DNA of 63,784 bases, filler included, from Octopus bimaculoides (Eukaryota): the NCBI RefSeq assembly GCF_001194135.2. It is 8 parts of 8 records of this genome, joined end to end, with 100 filler letters (N's around TTAATTAATTAA, not from the genome) between each part and the next. Parts side by side here need not be neighbours in the genome. Positions count along the whole stretch, not along the records: positions 1 to 19,852 come from NC_068994.1; positions 19,953 to 26,223 come from NC_068997.1; positions 26,324 to 35,036 come from NC_068984.1; 5 more parts are not named here. One strand, 5' to 3'. This document shows positions 13,481-26,558 of this stretch, piece after piece; positions within the stretch are counted from its first letter, which is position 1; each line of letters opens with the position of its first letter. The notes below the pieces were generated by a model. It worked only from the letters and a program-made list of their open reading frames with translations. It was not told the DNA's origin and did not search any database. A program made the position numbers and the translations under genes.

Positions 13481-16400
13481 TAGCATTTTCGTACAGACCT
13501 CATTCGAAGGTGTTGGGATATTTTTTTTTGTAGAATATCCAGTATCGTAAACGTTCCATGATCTCCTTGGGATAGGAATCGATAATATGTAGAAGCGTAG
13601 GGATCGGTATAGGTATCAAACGCTGACCATGTAGCGGTCTTTGTAAGACACTACTGTGTCTGGGTCGCGGATTGATTGTCAGTAAAACATACATACACTT
13701 AACAAATATTTCAAACCTTTTACATTTCTTAATGATACAATGCCTCAAATTTATAGAGAATATGAAGTTGTGGTGTTTATGCTATGCTTAATGGTTGCTA
13801 GGCAGCAAGTAACGAATCGAAGTTGATAAAAATATAAACCTCCTCAGACGATTGTGGTGGCGAGAGCAGCGTGCAAGGGACGCAACTCATGCATTTCTAT
13901 TTGCGTTAAATGAACAGTTTACATACTAGTTTTAATAATTCGAATGTTTGTCTATGTTTAACTTCAAAATTATGAACGTTCGTATGTACGTATGTGTTTG
14001 CGTGCGTGTATGAGCGTAACTTAGTGTGTATAATTGTGGCAATAATTGTGTTTATGTATAAGTGTGACTTCAAATTAATGTCAAAACACACGCATTATAT
14101 ATATATATATATATACATGTATCATGTGCGCATGTGTGTGTTCGTGAATATGTGCTATCGTACGTATGTTTTCCATCAAATATTCACATATCATTATAAA
14201 CATGTATATTATACATATACACATGAAAATTATCGATTTGCTTTTGTTGCATTTTTTTTTTTTTTTCTTCTTCGTTCGTTCTTCCCTTCATCAATTTTAA
14301 TTATACGCGAGTCTGTAAACAGGACGTTGATATATGTCACTGGAGCTGGGAAATTTGTTGGGTTTTTCTTTCGTTTTCACTTTTTCTTTTTTCTGTCTCT
14401 TAGTATTTATAGTAGTCACGTTTATAAAAGAAACGTCAGCCCTTACACAAGTGCAGGGAAAGAGACTGATAGAAAGACAGCTGGTGATATATAATAATGT
14501 TTTCTTGTCGACCTGGCAACATCGTTAAATCATTTAAATCGCGGAGTCCATTAAACGAACTATTTGTGATACAATTTCAATTGCAGTCATTGCGTGGCTA
14601 TTCGCTAAAATCTTATTTATTTCTCAATAGAAATGGCTTACGGAGCCATATTTCGAAACATACACAATCTTGCTTTAGTCATAGAACCACGACCATGCTG
14701 GGGTACTGCCTTGAAGGGTTTGACCGAGCCGTTCGAACCCAGTCCTTTTCCTTTTTTTTTTTTTTTAGCGGGACTGGGGTCAAAGTCTGGCACTTATAAT
14801 TTATTCTGTTGACCTTTTTGCCGAACTATTGTTATAGGGAGATAAACAAACCAACACCCGTTGTCAAGCGGTAGCAAGACAAACACACACACACACACAC
14901 ATGCATATACTCACACATAATGCACGTGAGCTTCCACGTGGCCTTCGTCTTCCAAATGCATTCCCTAAGGCATTGGTCGGTCCAGGACTAGAGTAGAAGA
15001 CATTTGCCCAAAGTGCCGCACTGAACCAAAAACTTCGAGGTTCCAAAGCGAACTTCTGAATCACAGAACCATGACTGCTCCTATAGTTTGTAGCAATGCA
15101 TAAACCCGGAGGAGAAGCACACTCTAAGATGTAAAATAGTTAATATTATAATGGGGGAGGCCAGTTTATGGGGTTACCTTGGGTTTCTTGCTCATAAGGG
15201 GTTTAACCTTATGGTGTATCTTCAGGCCTCAAACACTGCTGGCCCGAAACTAGTTTAAAATAAACTGACCTACCCCACTATGATACATGTAGTAGTGGCT
15301 GTGAGGTAAGGAGCTTACTTCTCAACCACATGGTTCCGGGTTCAGTCCCACTTCGTGACACCTTGGACAAGTGTCTTCTAGTATAACCTCCGGCCGACCA
15401 AAGCCTTATGAGTGGATTTGCTAGGCGGGAACTGAAAGAAGCCCTTTGTGTATGTATGTATGTATTTCTATGTGTGTGTTCCCCTGCCATCGCTTAACAA
15501 CCGATGCTGGTGTGTTCGCGTCCCCGTAACTTAGTGGCTCGGCAAAGAATAAGTCCTGGGGTCGATTTCTTTGACTAAAATGTCCTGAAGGTGGTACTCC
15601 AGCATGGCCACAGTCACATGACTGAAACAAAAGAATAAAGATATGAATATATATATGAAGTGTCTTGCTCAAGGAAACAACACACGGCTCAGTGTGGGAA
15701 TCGAACCTACGATTTTAACTTACAATCGTGAGCCCAAAATTCCAACCACTAGGCATTGAGACTTCACACACACACGTGTATATATATATATATATATATA
15801 TATNNNNNNNNNNNNNNNNNNNNNNNNNNNNNNNNNNNNNNNNNNNNNNNNNNNNNNNNNNNNNNNNNNNNNNNNNNNNNNNNNNNNNNNNNNNNNNNNN
15901 NNNNNNNNNNNNNNNNNNNNNNNNNNNNNNNNNNNNNNNNNNNNNNNNNNNNNNNNNNNNNNNNNNNNNNNNNNNNNNNNNNNNNNNNNNNNNNNNNNNN
16001 NNNNNNNNNNNNNNNNNNNNNNNNNNNNNNNNNNNNNNNNNNNNNNNNNNNNNNNNNNNNNNNNNNNNNNNNNNNNNNNNNNNNNNNNNNNNNNNNNNNN
16101 NNNNNNNNNNNNNNNNNNNNNNNNNNNNNNNNNNNNNNNNCCCACTCCTTCCGTTCTGAGTTCAAATACCACTCAGGTTGACTTTGCATTTCTGGAGTCG
16201 ATGGTATCGACTAACCCACTTTCCTCAAAAATTGCTGGCCTTGTACCAAACTTCGAAACTACTACTACTATTATTATTATTATTGTAAATCTTATTTTTT
16301 CGGCCCATGTGGTTAATAAAAGTATTATTATTATTATTATTATTAAGCAGCGAGCTGGTAGAATCGTTAGAACGCCGGACAAAGCGCTTAGCAGCGTTTC

Positions 16401-19400
16401 GTCCGTCTTTACGTTCTGAGTTCAAATTCCGCCGACGTCAACTTTTGTAGGTCAATAAAATAAGTACCAGTTGAGTACTGAGGTCGATGTAATCGACTTA
16501 CTATCTTCCCCGAAATTGCCGGTCTTGTGCCAACATCTGAAATTATTATTATTAAAGCGGCGAGTTAGTAGAATAGTTGACACAAAATGCTAAGCAGCAT
16601 TTAGTCTGTCTTCTTGTTCTGAATTCAAGTTCCGCCAAAGTCGACTTTGCCTTCCATCCTTTCGGAGTCGAGGAAATAAGTATCAGTTACGTACTGGAGT
16701 CGATGAAATCGACTATCCCCCTCCCCCAAATTTCAGGCCTTATGCCTATATTAGAAAGGATTATTATAATTATTTTTATTATTCCTTTGCAAAATTTTCG
16801 TCTGCCAAATGCAGTTCACCAAACAGTTGTTAAACCCGAATTCATGATAGAACAAACTTGCTCAAGTTATCGAACAGAAGGATCGAACCGAGAACCACGT
16901 GTTAGAGAAGTGAACTTCAACCATACAGCCATTACGACACGCGTGTTAAATTACCATAGCAACAAGAACAAAAAAATATAGACTATAAACAAGATACGTT
17001 TTATTTGTGTATCATCTGTGAGAAACAGTATAAACGCTATTGCATCTAAGGGAGGACACTCTGGTTGCCTTAATACAAATTAGTGCAACGTTGTGATTTA
17101 TCGTCTGTATTATATTTTTATTTGGCAAGGATTAAAAAGAAATTAATTATCAATCAGTTTACATTAATAATATAAACTTAATTTTGATAAGTTTGCATGA
17201 TATGGGGAGAAAGTGGTGCTGGAGCCTGTTTCGATGGCTCTTCGTCTGAGAAAGTGTGCGTGTGTGTGTGAGTGTGTGTGTTTGTGTGTGTGTTCACTCT
17301 TCGGGCTACGAAGTTAGTGAAACTCATTTCCCTATTTCGTGGCGTTAAAAAACGCACGGGTATATTACAATAGATGAACCCAAAATTTCAGTAGCTCATA
17401 TTCAAGAAAACCAGTTTCAGTGCATTAAAGGATGTAATCTATACAGGACCAACATTGCATTCTTTGGAGGAAAACAAATTGTGCATCTTCTACGCCATTA
17501 AATACGGTAACTTCACACTACTTTTTTTCTTTTCTTTTTTGCTAGGTGCCGGGTAACATGCTCCAACTAGGGCCTATGAGAAAAGTTATACAAAGAGGTA
17601 TGATGTTTTCCAAGCCTATGTAGAATGTGTGGGTATGGTTAGCTTTTCTCACAGATTCACAGCAACTCTTTGGGGATCGCAGGGCCCCTCTTTGAATCTC
17701 TTCTTCCACTCCTATCACCCACCTCCCAATCACCACCTTCATTACATGAGCTAAAAAAAAATGTTCTGCTGTCCATATCTCAGTGGTCCTCAATGTATGA
17801 GGCTTTTTTTTTATGCATTGAGGATTGGTTAAAAATTTAAGTAATTTGTTCAGAATTTCTTTCTCTTTTCAAATATTATTTTGAAGTTTAAAATTTGATT
17901 TAAAAAAATATGTATAAATTATTGCTTGTTTTGTTAATCATAATTTTCTTGCCATCAGTTTTAAAGATTAACTTTTCTATACTTGTATGGGACAGATGAA
18001 ATTCATTGAGGTAGATTTTCCAAGGCCAGATGCTCTTCCGGTTACCAAACCTCACTTGTTAACAAGTGAGATAATTAATGTTTCTCACTAGTCGTTCAAA
18101 CATCACAGTAACCAGACATATTTTCAAAGGAGATAAGCAAGTATCAAGCTTGTATGATAGTGACATTTGTCCACGACTAGCATGAGATGTGCAGATTACA
18201 CATGTGTGCACACATGGGTTTCTTTTAATTTCCATGTACCAAATCTGCTCACAAAGCTTTGGTTAGCCTAGGAATAAGGTGCTGAAAAGGTTCTGGTTTT
18301 GGGTAAAAGAAAATGCAGGAGGATCAGTTACGCTTTTATACAACACACTCTCTCAGATTCAAACTTATGGCAGCAGCCCTTCAGTTTTTCTAAGCCCTGT
18401 AAAAGGTCCCAGAAGGTTGGGCCTCCACCCAGGCCTTTTGCAACACTCTTAAAACCAGGAACTTTCAGCAGCCCTCGTGTGTACACACACACACACACAC
18501 ACAAGAGAGTGCTGAAAGGTTTCTGGATTTCAGTAAAAGAAAATACAGGAGGATCAGTTAAGATTTTATTTAACTTACTCCCCTCTCAGATTCACACACC
18601 TATTGCAGTGGTCGTTCAGTCTTTCTAAGCCCTGTAAAAGAACTTGGAAGGTTGGGCCTCCAATCAGGCCTTTCACGATACCCTTAAAGCCAGGAATCTT
18701 TTAGCACCTCCTCAAAGTAGAAGGAATCTTTAGTAGAGATCCAAACTAAGTCAATTGAAATTAACCCTAGTTATAGACTGTTGTTTCATTGACCCAAGAA
18801 AGCTGAAATGCAATATTGATGTCAGTGGAATTTGAACTCAGAGTGTAAAGAATGTCATAACTAAACTTTACAAAGTAATTTGATTGATACATAAGACCTA
18901 CTCAACTTATTGATTATCAGAATTTCCGCCTGAATGTTTGTATCAATCACACATTTATAGATTTTGTTCGTTAAGATTTGTATGGATGAGAAGCTTGCTT
19001 TCCAGCTGTGTGGTCACCTTGTAGTCTCAGGTTCAGTCCCCCACCTTGCAGCATCTTAGGCAAGTGTCTTCTGCGATAGCCTCAAGACAGCCAAAGCGCT
19101 GTGAGTGGATTTGATAGACGGAACTAAAAGAAGATTATGATGAAGGTGTGTGTGTGTGTTTGTTTGTGTACACACCCTTGCCCTGACATCACATGATGGT
19201 TGCAAGCAAGCATCACCATTATAAGAGAGACAACCATGGCAGGAAGTGATAGGAGAAAAATTAATGGTAGCTATGTTTGCTGGTAAGTGAGCGTGAGTGA
19301 GGGATACCCATAGAAATGATCATGAGTGAAAGTGAGTGATGTATGCCAATGAAAGAATTAGAGAAGAGGAAATGCTGACTTAGTGCAGAAGGTTAATGTT

Positions 19401-20278
19401 AGCTGGTAAGAGAATAAGTGATAAAGCTCGGCGATGGTGAAAGAGTGGTAGATGTCAGTGATGAGTGGCCTGTGGTAACAGAACCAATGCCAAGCAGTGC
19501 AGAAAGTGACAGAGATATGTATTGGATACCAAGAATTCCAATGCAACCTCTTGTGTATGATCAGCAAATTTGAAAGTGGGCAAAATTTCAGCTGCTGCAA
19601 CTACTTCATATTTTCCTTCTTTTTTTTTTTTTTTTTTTTTTAATCTTTTGTTTCCATCATTGGACAGCGTCCAAGCTGGAGCACTATTCTTTGAAGGGTT
19701 TAGTCAAACAAATCAGTCTCGGTACTTTTTTGATTTGATTTTATTTATTTTCAAATAAATAAAAAAAAAGTCGTTTTTGCTGAACTACTCAGTTACAAAG
19801 ATATAAACAAACCAATACCGGTTGTCAAGTGGTGGTGATGGAGGTGATGATCNNNNNNNNNNNNNNNNNNNNNNNNNNNNNNNNNNNNNNNNNNNNTTAA
19901 TTAATTAANNNNNNNNNNNNNNNNNNNNNNNNNNNNNNNNNNNNNNNNNNNNTCTGAGTGTGTTTCGGCATATTTTTCGCATTTATATGCTTTCCAGAAG
20001 TTTTGTTTTCTTATATTGAGAGATTTCTTCCATGTCTGCCAAATTTCTTTTCTTTTTCGGTGGGCTTCATTTTCCAGATTTCTTTCATTTATTTCTGATA
20101 TCCACGGAGGTTGTGGTAGATTTTCTTTGGTAGACTTTATAATTGTTGGTATGATTTCCGTGAGATTTTTCATTTCATTGTTTATATGTTCGTTGATGAG
20201 TTTTCCATCTGTTGATTGTTTTTCTATTTCTTTTAAGATAGAGGATTGTGTTTAAGATACAGGATTGTGTTTAAGATA

Positions 20279-21271
20279 CAGGATGCGCAAGGTATTTGGG
20301 GATAGAATTATGTTTATAAAAAAGCAGATATCTAATAACAGATAATAAATTTATTTATCAAAAAATGCTGTGAGGATAAAAATAAACCTTCTTTTCTAGA
20401 ATGTTATTCGATAAAGATACCTTTAGGGCTTATGTTATCATGAAAATTTTCAGGCATCCATTCCTGTGTTATTAGAGCCATGTGTGTTAGTGCAGTCTTA
20501 CTAAAACACATATAGCCTTCCATTGCATACACTGTCTGTCCAGGGCTTAACAGTTAATTCCAGGACCTCAATGTAGGCGGCTGAGTTAACTCTAAGGCTT
20601 CATTGCTGACAATCCCTAAAACCATAAGTTTCAGGAAATTTTGTATGCACATAGAAGGGTCTGCACATAGCCATTTCTTCTGCTCACTTTTTGATCTAGG
20701 TCGATGTTTTTCTCGTTTGAGAAAAACCAAATCAAATCTTCTGCTGGATTTTTCAGTTTGTTTAAGAGCCTTTTAGATTTGATGAGGTAATTTTCTTTTG
20801 CTTTTTCTGACAAATTGACCTTTCCTCATCATATAAGAGTTATATCTGTTGCCTTCCTGGACAACATTTCTGATTGTTGATTTCTGACACATGGAGATCT
20901 TTTTCAATTGACCTCATGAACTTTCTGGGATTGTAATCAACGGTCTGTTGACCATACTGGATAAATTCAGGTGTTCTGATGATTTCAGAGCGTTTAGAAT
21001 GCTTTTTACGCTTTGATACTAGTGATACGTTTCCCTCTTCAGTCTCTAGCTCCTTACAAACTTTGTAGACGAAAGATCTGACAAATTTTAAAAATCGAGA
21101 TATTTCTAAATCTTTATGTTCAGCTTTTATAACCGCAATAACAGCATGCCTCTTCATTTCTTGAGTGAGCTAAGAGTCTGCCATTATTATTCTCTAAAAC
21201 AAAGATTATACAGAGCAAAACATGCAACAATGACCCCAAAAAGGTATTCTTCAAATACCTTACGCACCCTG
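20279..21271 (-). mobile_element. Internally deleted IS630-Tc1-mariner element, maT/DD37D-like
   Basis: TIRs CAGG(A/G)TGCG(C/T)AAGGTATTTG at both ends with TA TSDs (20277-78, 21272-73). Fragments MKRHAVIAVIKAEH..RKKHSKRSEIIRTPEF and RLLNKLKNPAEDLIWFFSNEKN. Confidence 0.8.
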
Positions 21272-21536
21272 TATATATTATGACGTCCTGTGCCCACATA
21301 TGCATATATATATATATATATCTATAGATGTAAGTATGTACATATATGTATGTATATATGCATATATATATATATATANNNNNNNNNNNNNNNNNNNNNN
21401 NNNNNNNNNNNNNNNNNNNNNNNNNNNNNNNNNNNNNNNNNNNNNNNNNNNNNNNNNNNNNNNNNNNNNNNNNNNNNNNNNNNNNNNNNNNTATATACAT
21501 ATATATTTATATATATGTTATTATTATTATTATTAC

Positions 21537-21586
<50 letters not shown>

Positions 21587-21779
21587 GATTGAACATCACG
21601 CATCCTCTTCTAAGTAAGTTTTATCTTAATAATTCTGGTGCGCACTCTATACGATCTTTTTACTCTTTCGTTTTTCTCTCTTTCTCTCTCTTATTCTTTT
21701 GCCTCCTCTTCTCCCACTGTTCTATCCTATTACTCTGTCACTCTCTCTCCTTCACTCCTCTTCCCTTGCTCATGTGGCT

Positions 21780-23460
21780 TTATACCTAAGTCTAAAGGAC
21801 GAAAAATGGTTATTCAAGCGTTTTTTTCATATTTACCCCATATAAATGAAGATATTAATTTCTTTCATTACTGTACATTTATATCTGACATTTTCAGCTG
21901 AACACTAACCTAGTAAGGGGCATTGGGATCCCTCCCTACAGTTGCAACTGTAGATATTATTATTAGCATTACTTGCCCTATCATTAACATTTATAGTGTC
22001 GTCATTCGAGGTATCACTCAAATTCGTAGAAGTATTATCAAATATTATGTCACGACTAATCGAGTTATTATAATAGGTATTATTACATCTATTTATATTA
22101 GCTCTAGTATTTTGGATTATAATGGTTGCATTTAGGATATTCAGTGTCTCATCTGCGGTTTATTGGTTCCGTTATCTATGCTGACTGCATTGTAATAGCT
22201 GAGAGTGGGTTCTTAGTATTATCACTGATATCAATGATTCTTACATACCTACTATTATTAGAATCATTATTATGGGTTAAACTACTATAACCATTATGAT
22301 TATCAATCTCACGGGTTAAATTTTTGTTTCTTCTGTTCAAGCGGGCTATAATCGTACCTATATTTGAACGGGTGGAATTATGAGGCTCCGATTATCCTAC
22401 GGGAGAAGAATTAGCTATATTTATGTAAAGCTGGGAAGTTTTTCTCCAAAATCGCCATTATTTATTATATCTACTAGTAGAGATTGTACAATTGAAAGGA
22501 ATGTTATACCAGGCCACGTTATTATTCTTAGCATTTTTATGTTTATGAAAGCGGATCCTATCAGCCCCTCTACTATTTCCCGAATTTCCAGTTTGATTAT
22601 TAATTACGGTATCATTATCAGCATTTATGTTATTATTAGAATTGGCTCCATTCTTCTCATTTTATCCTCGCTATTATTATACATGTTAGATATTTTACAT
22701 GTTAGATATTTTACATGTTAGATATTTTACTGTTAGATATTTTATCATTGTTATACATCTTATTCATTATTTTAATAGGAATATTATGAGCAATTGTGGT
22801 AGATCTATTGGCTCAATTAGATGAACTATTGTCCTTTTCACATTTTCATTTTCTTTATTGTGTTTAGTTAGTATCAAGCTTTCTTAATTAAAGAATGCAA
22901 TCTCCGGATTGTATCCCGACTTAAATAGAGCAGAGTTATAGTAATTGGGCTTCAAGTTAAATATATCCATATTAGCCAATAATTGTGTAATTCTCCTCGA
23001 AATTCCTTTTACTAATGGTTTTAATACATTTGGGGGATGATTAAAGGATTTGTTCACATACTAAGTAACTTCATCCGGTTTTCTATAGAGATAATGTAAA
23101 GTTTTGTATCGTATTCGAAAGTGAGCCCCAAGTTAAAGCTTTTAAAGAATTTGATTTTCTTCCTCATTCTTTCTTTGACGGTCTTACTATTACTAGGCCT
23201 AATGAGTAATGGATCATCTCTATAAAGACTATTTTGCGTTCAGGGATTTCACTACTAAAACACATTAAGAGGTATGTACCAACCAAACCAGTACCTTGGG
23301 CTAAGTCACTCGAACCCATGGCAATATCAAAATTATTAGAAGTGTCACACCTCGTCCACAGCCTACACACAAATTCTATAATAGCTTTCCTAGCTAAGAA
23401 AAAACGACCGAAAACGCTTGAAACGACCTTAATGTATTGACACCTAAAAATTGTTGTTAC
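21780..23460 (-). mobile_element. Decayed Penelope-like element (RT, CNCR..CPL zinc linker, GIY-YIG start)
   Basis: Minus-strand fragments NFDIAMGSSDLAQGTGLVGTYLL, NSLYRDDPL (YRDD), YVNKSFNHPP, NIGTIIARLN, SCNCREGSQCPLLG*C..NVRYKCTV...FIYMG, in PLE domain order. Many stops. Confidence 0.8.
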
Positions 23461-24620
23461 TTATTTACATTGTTTTTACCTACCTTGGAATCTGCACCTT
23501 GGAAATACTATAGAAAGTACATTTATTAAAAGTACATGTCTGTATTACCAAGAGCCGATATCTTCACTTACTTGGGTTGTGTTGTCTGCCCATTCGACAA
23601 GAATATTAGGTACAAACAACCATACACGGAGTCTTGACAGTCAATATTCAAATAATTTTGTTGGGCTGTGTGGGCTATACCAAACTAGCAACGGGCCTCA
23701 ATTTAGGAACCTTATATATATATATATATATNNNNNNNNNNNNNNNNNNNNNNNNNNNNNNNNNNNNNNNNNNNNNNNNNNNNNNNNNNNNNNNNNNNNN
23801 NNNNNNNNNNNNNNNNNNNNNNNNNNNNNNNNNNNNNNNNNNNNNNNNNNNNNNNNNNNNNNNNNNNNNNNNNNNNNNNNNNNNNNNNNNNNNNNNNNNN
23901 NNNNNNNNNNNNNNNNNNNNNNNNNNNNNNNNNNNNNNNNNNNNNNNNNNNNNNNNNNNNNNNNNNNNNNNNNNNNNNNNNNNNNNNNNNNNNNNNNNNN
24001 NNNNNNNNNNNNNNNNNNNNNNNNNNNNNNNNNNNNNNNNNNNNNNNNNNNNNNNNNNNNNNNNNNNNNNNNNNNNNNNNNNNNNNNNNNNNNNNNNNNN
24101 NNNNNNNNNNNNNNNNNNNNNNNNNNNNNNNNNNNNNNNNNNNNNNNNNNNNNNNNNNNNNNNNNNNNNNNNNNNNNNNNNNNNNNNNNNNNNNNNNNNN
24201 NNNNNNNNNNNNNNNNNNNNNNNNNNNNNNNNNNNNNNNNNNNNNNNNNNNNNNNNNNNNNNNNNNNNNNNNNNNNNNNNNNNNNNNNNNNNNNNNNNNN
24301 NNNNNNNNNNNNNNNNNNNNNNNNNNNNNNNNNNNNNNNNNNNNNNNNNNNNNNNNNNNNNNNNNNNNNNNNNNNNNNNNNNNNNNNNNNNNNNNNNNNN
24401 NNNNNNNNNNNNNNNNNNNNNNNNNNNNNNNNNNNNNNNNNNNNNNNNNNNNNNNNNNNNNNNNNNNNNNNNNNNNNNNNNNNNNNNNNNNNNNNNNNNN
24501 NNNNNNNNNNNNNNNNNNNNNNNNNNNNNNNNNNNNNNNNNNNNNNNNNNNNNNNNNNNNNNNNNNNNNNNNNNNNNNNNNNNNNNNNNNNNNNNNNNNN
24601 NNNNNNNNNNNNNNNNNNNN

Positions 24621-24664
<44 letters not shown>

Positions 24665-25661
24665 AATATATAATATATAATCGAACGCTTACAAAGAATA
24701 AGTCCTGGGGTCGATTTGTCCGACTAAAAGCGATGCTTCGGTATTGCCGCAGTCAGATGACTGAAACAAGTAAAAGAATAAAAAAAAAATATGATATACA
24801 CTGCAGTCTATTTGCAAACACAATGTGGCAGGCCCTACTCGGGGCGATGTTACTACTGTTTAACCCCAGAAAACATCTTTTCCAGCTAGCTACCGACACA
24901 TGGTCTGTGTACGTATGCCATGAGCAAGGGAGTTTATTGCTCCCTTTCTAACCTTAGTGATTCCTGTAGAGCAGTGGTTTCTGGGTTATTTCTCTTCGGT
25001 ACAGGGCATAGTTTGAAAAGACCAATCACAAACCATCCTTCTCAAATCCTAAAATGAAGCTACAGTGAATTATTGTGATAGATAAACATAATATTACGAT
25101 AGTATGAGACTGCCGGTGTAAGAGAGATGGACCAAATGTGAGATGAGAATGTTCCTTTATGAATATAGAAGATGCCGAGGAAGATCAGATAGGACTTATT
25201 ATTCATTCGATACGACATTAAACTCAGGCTTGGTCAGCTAGTACCTCCTCAATTTGGTCATACCATTTTACTGTATAAGCTTTCTGAAAATTTATTTTTA
25301 AAATATTTCAAATGTAAAGAAAGGTTATAGGAAATTTCACCATAAACATTTTTGCCATAGGAAAATTCCCCGTAAGAAATTTCGTTTTAAACGACCTCAT
25401 CACATATTTTCAATGTTTGACGTTGAATAAAGTCTTGCCTATTTAATGCGTTTAAAAACCTTTTAGCATTCTTTTTTTTTTTATATATATTTAAAATATG
25501 CTGATATAATACACTTTATTATTGTCCATACGGTGAAATTTCCTATTCGGCGAAAATAAACACAAGGACAAGATATATCTTTAAAAGAATGTTTATTTTC
25601 GTTAACGACGTGGACAGGATTACATTTTAAAAACATCATCTAATACCAACAATTTTTGCAA

Positions 25662-25694
<33 letters not shown>

Positions 25695-26162
25695 AGATGT
25701 ATTAACATATGTTTTATAACACTGTGTGTAGTGAAGGGCATTTGTAGCGGCAATTTTGCATGTATTCACTGCCAACACATATGTGGCATATAGAAATAAT
25801 AATGAGGGTGTTTGAAACCTCACAGGTATGTGAGTATGACATGCAATGATTACATACCAATGTGTGTGTATGTGTGTGTTTTCGTGTGTGTGTGTGTTGT
25901 GCTGGATATGACATTGAATCTGATGTGGATGCATGATGTGTAAGACCCAAGTTTCTCGATGAAGAATCTTCTCCAGACTCTTCCACCAATTCACAAGAAA
26001 AAGACAAATATCCAAATTCCTTTGCTATCATCAACATCATCATTATCTTCATCATCATCTGTCCTCTTCATACACAGACACGCGCTCGCGCAAAAATAAC
26101 TACACAATATATGCCACCATAGTGCTATAATGGTGTCTTTGTACATATATGCATATATCTAT

Positions 26163-26223
<61 letters not shown>

Positions 26224-26452
26224 NNNNNNNNNNNNNNNNNNNNNNNNNNNNNNNNNNNNNNNNNNNNTTAATTAATTAANNNNNNNNNNNNNNNNNNNNN
26301 NNNNNNNNNNNNNNNNNNNNNNNGATAGAATAAGTACTAGGCTTACAAAGAATAAGTCCTGGGGTCGATTTGTTCGACTAAAGGCGATGCTCCAGCATGG
26401 CCGCAGTCAAATGACTGAAGCAAGTAAATGAGGAAGGAGTAAAGAGTAAAGA

Positions 26453-26487
<35 letters not shown>

Positions 26488-26558
26488 TCCGACATATTTC
26501 AACTCAAAATCTTGCAACGTGGTCTATACTGATTCTCCAGTATTTTTGCAGGAGTGTA

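Noticed and set aside
15215-15260. GGCC..GGCCCGAAACTAGTTT hammerhead-like half motif
   Set aside because: No CUGANGA on the same strand upstream of the stem.
25264-25283. 20-nt candidate microexon (ttttcag..gtatga, minus strand)
   Set aside because: The phase needed to follow exon D gives an immediate stop; too short to support without reads.
25714-26058. Overlapping ORFs with an acidic Ser-rich stretch
   Set aside because: Flanked by (CAT)n and (GT)n repeats, with no splice sites that frame an exon.
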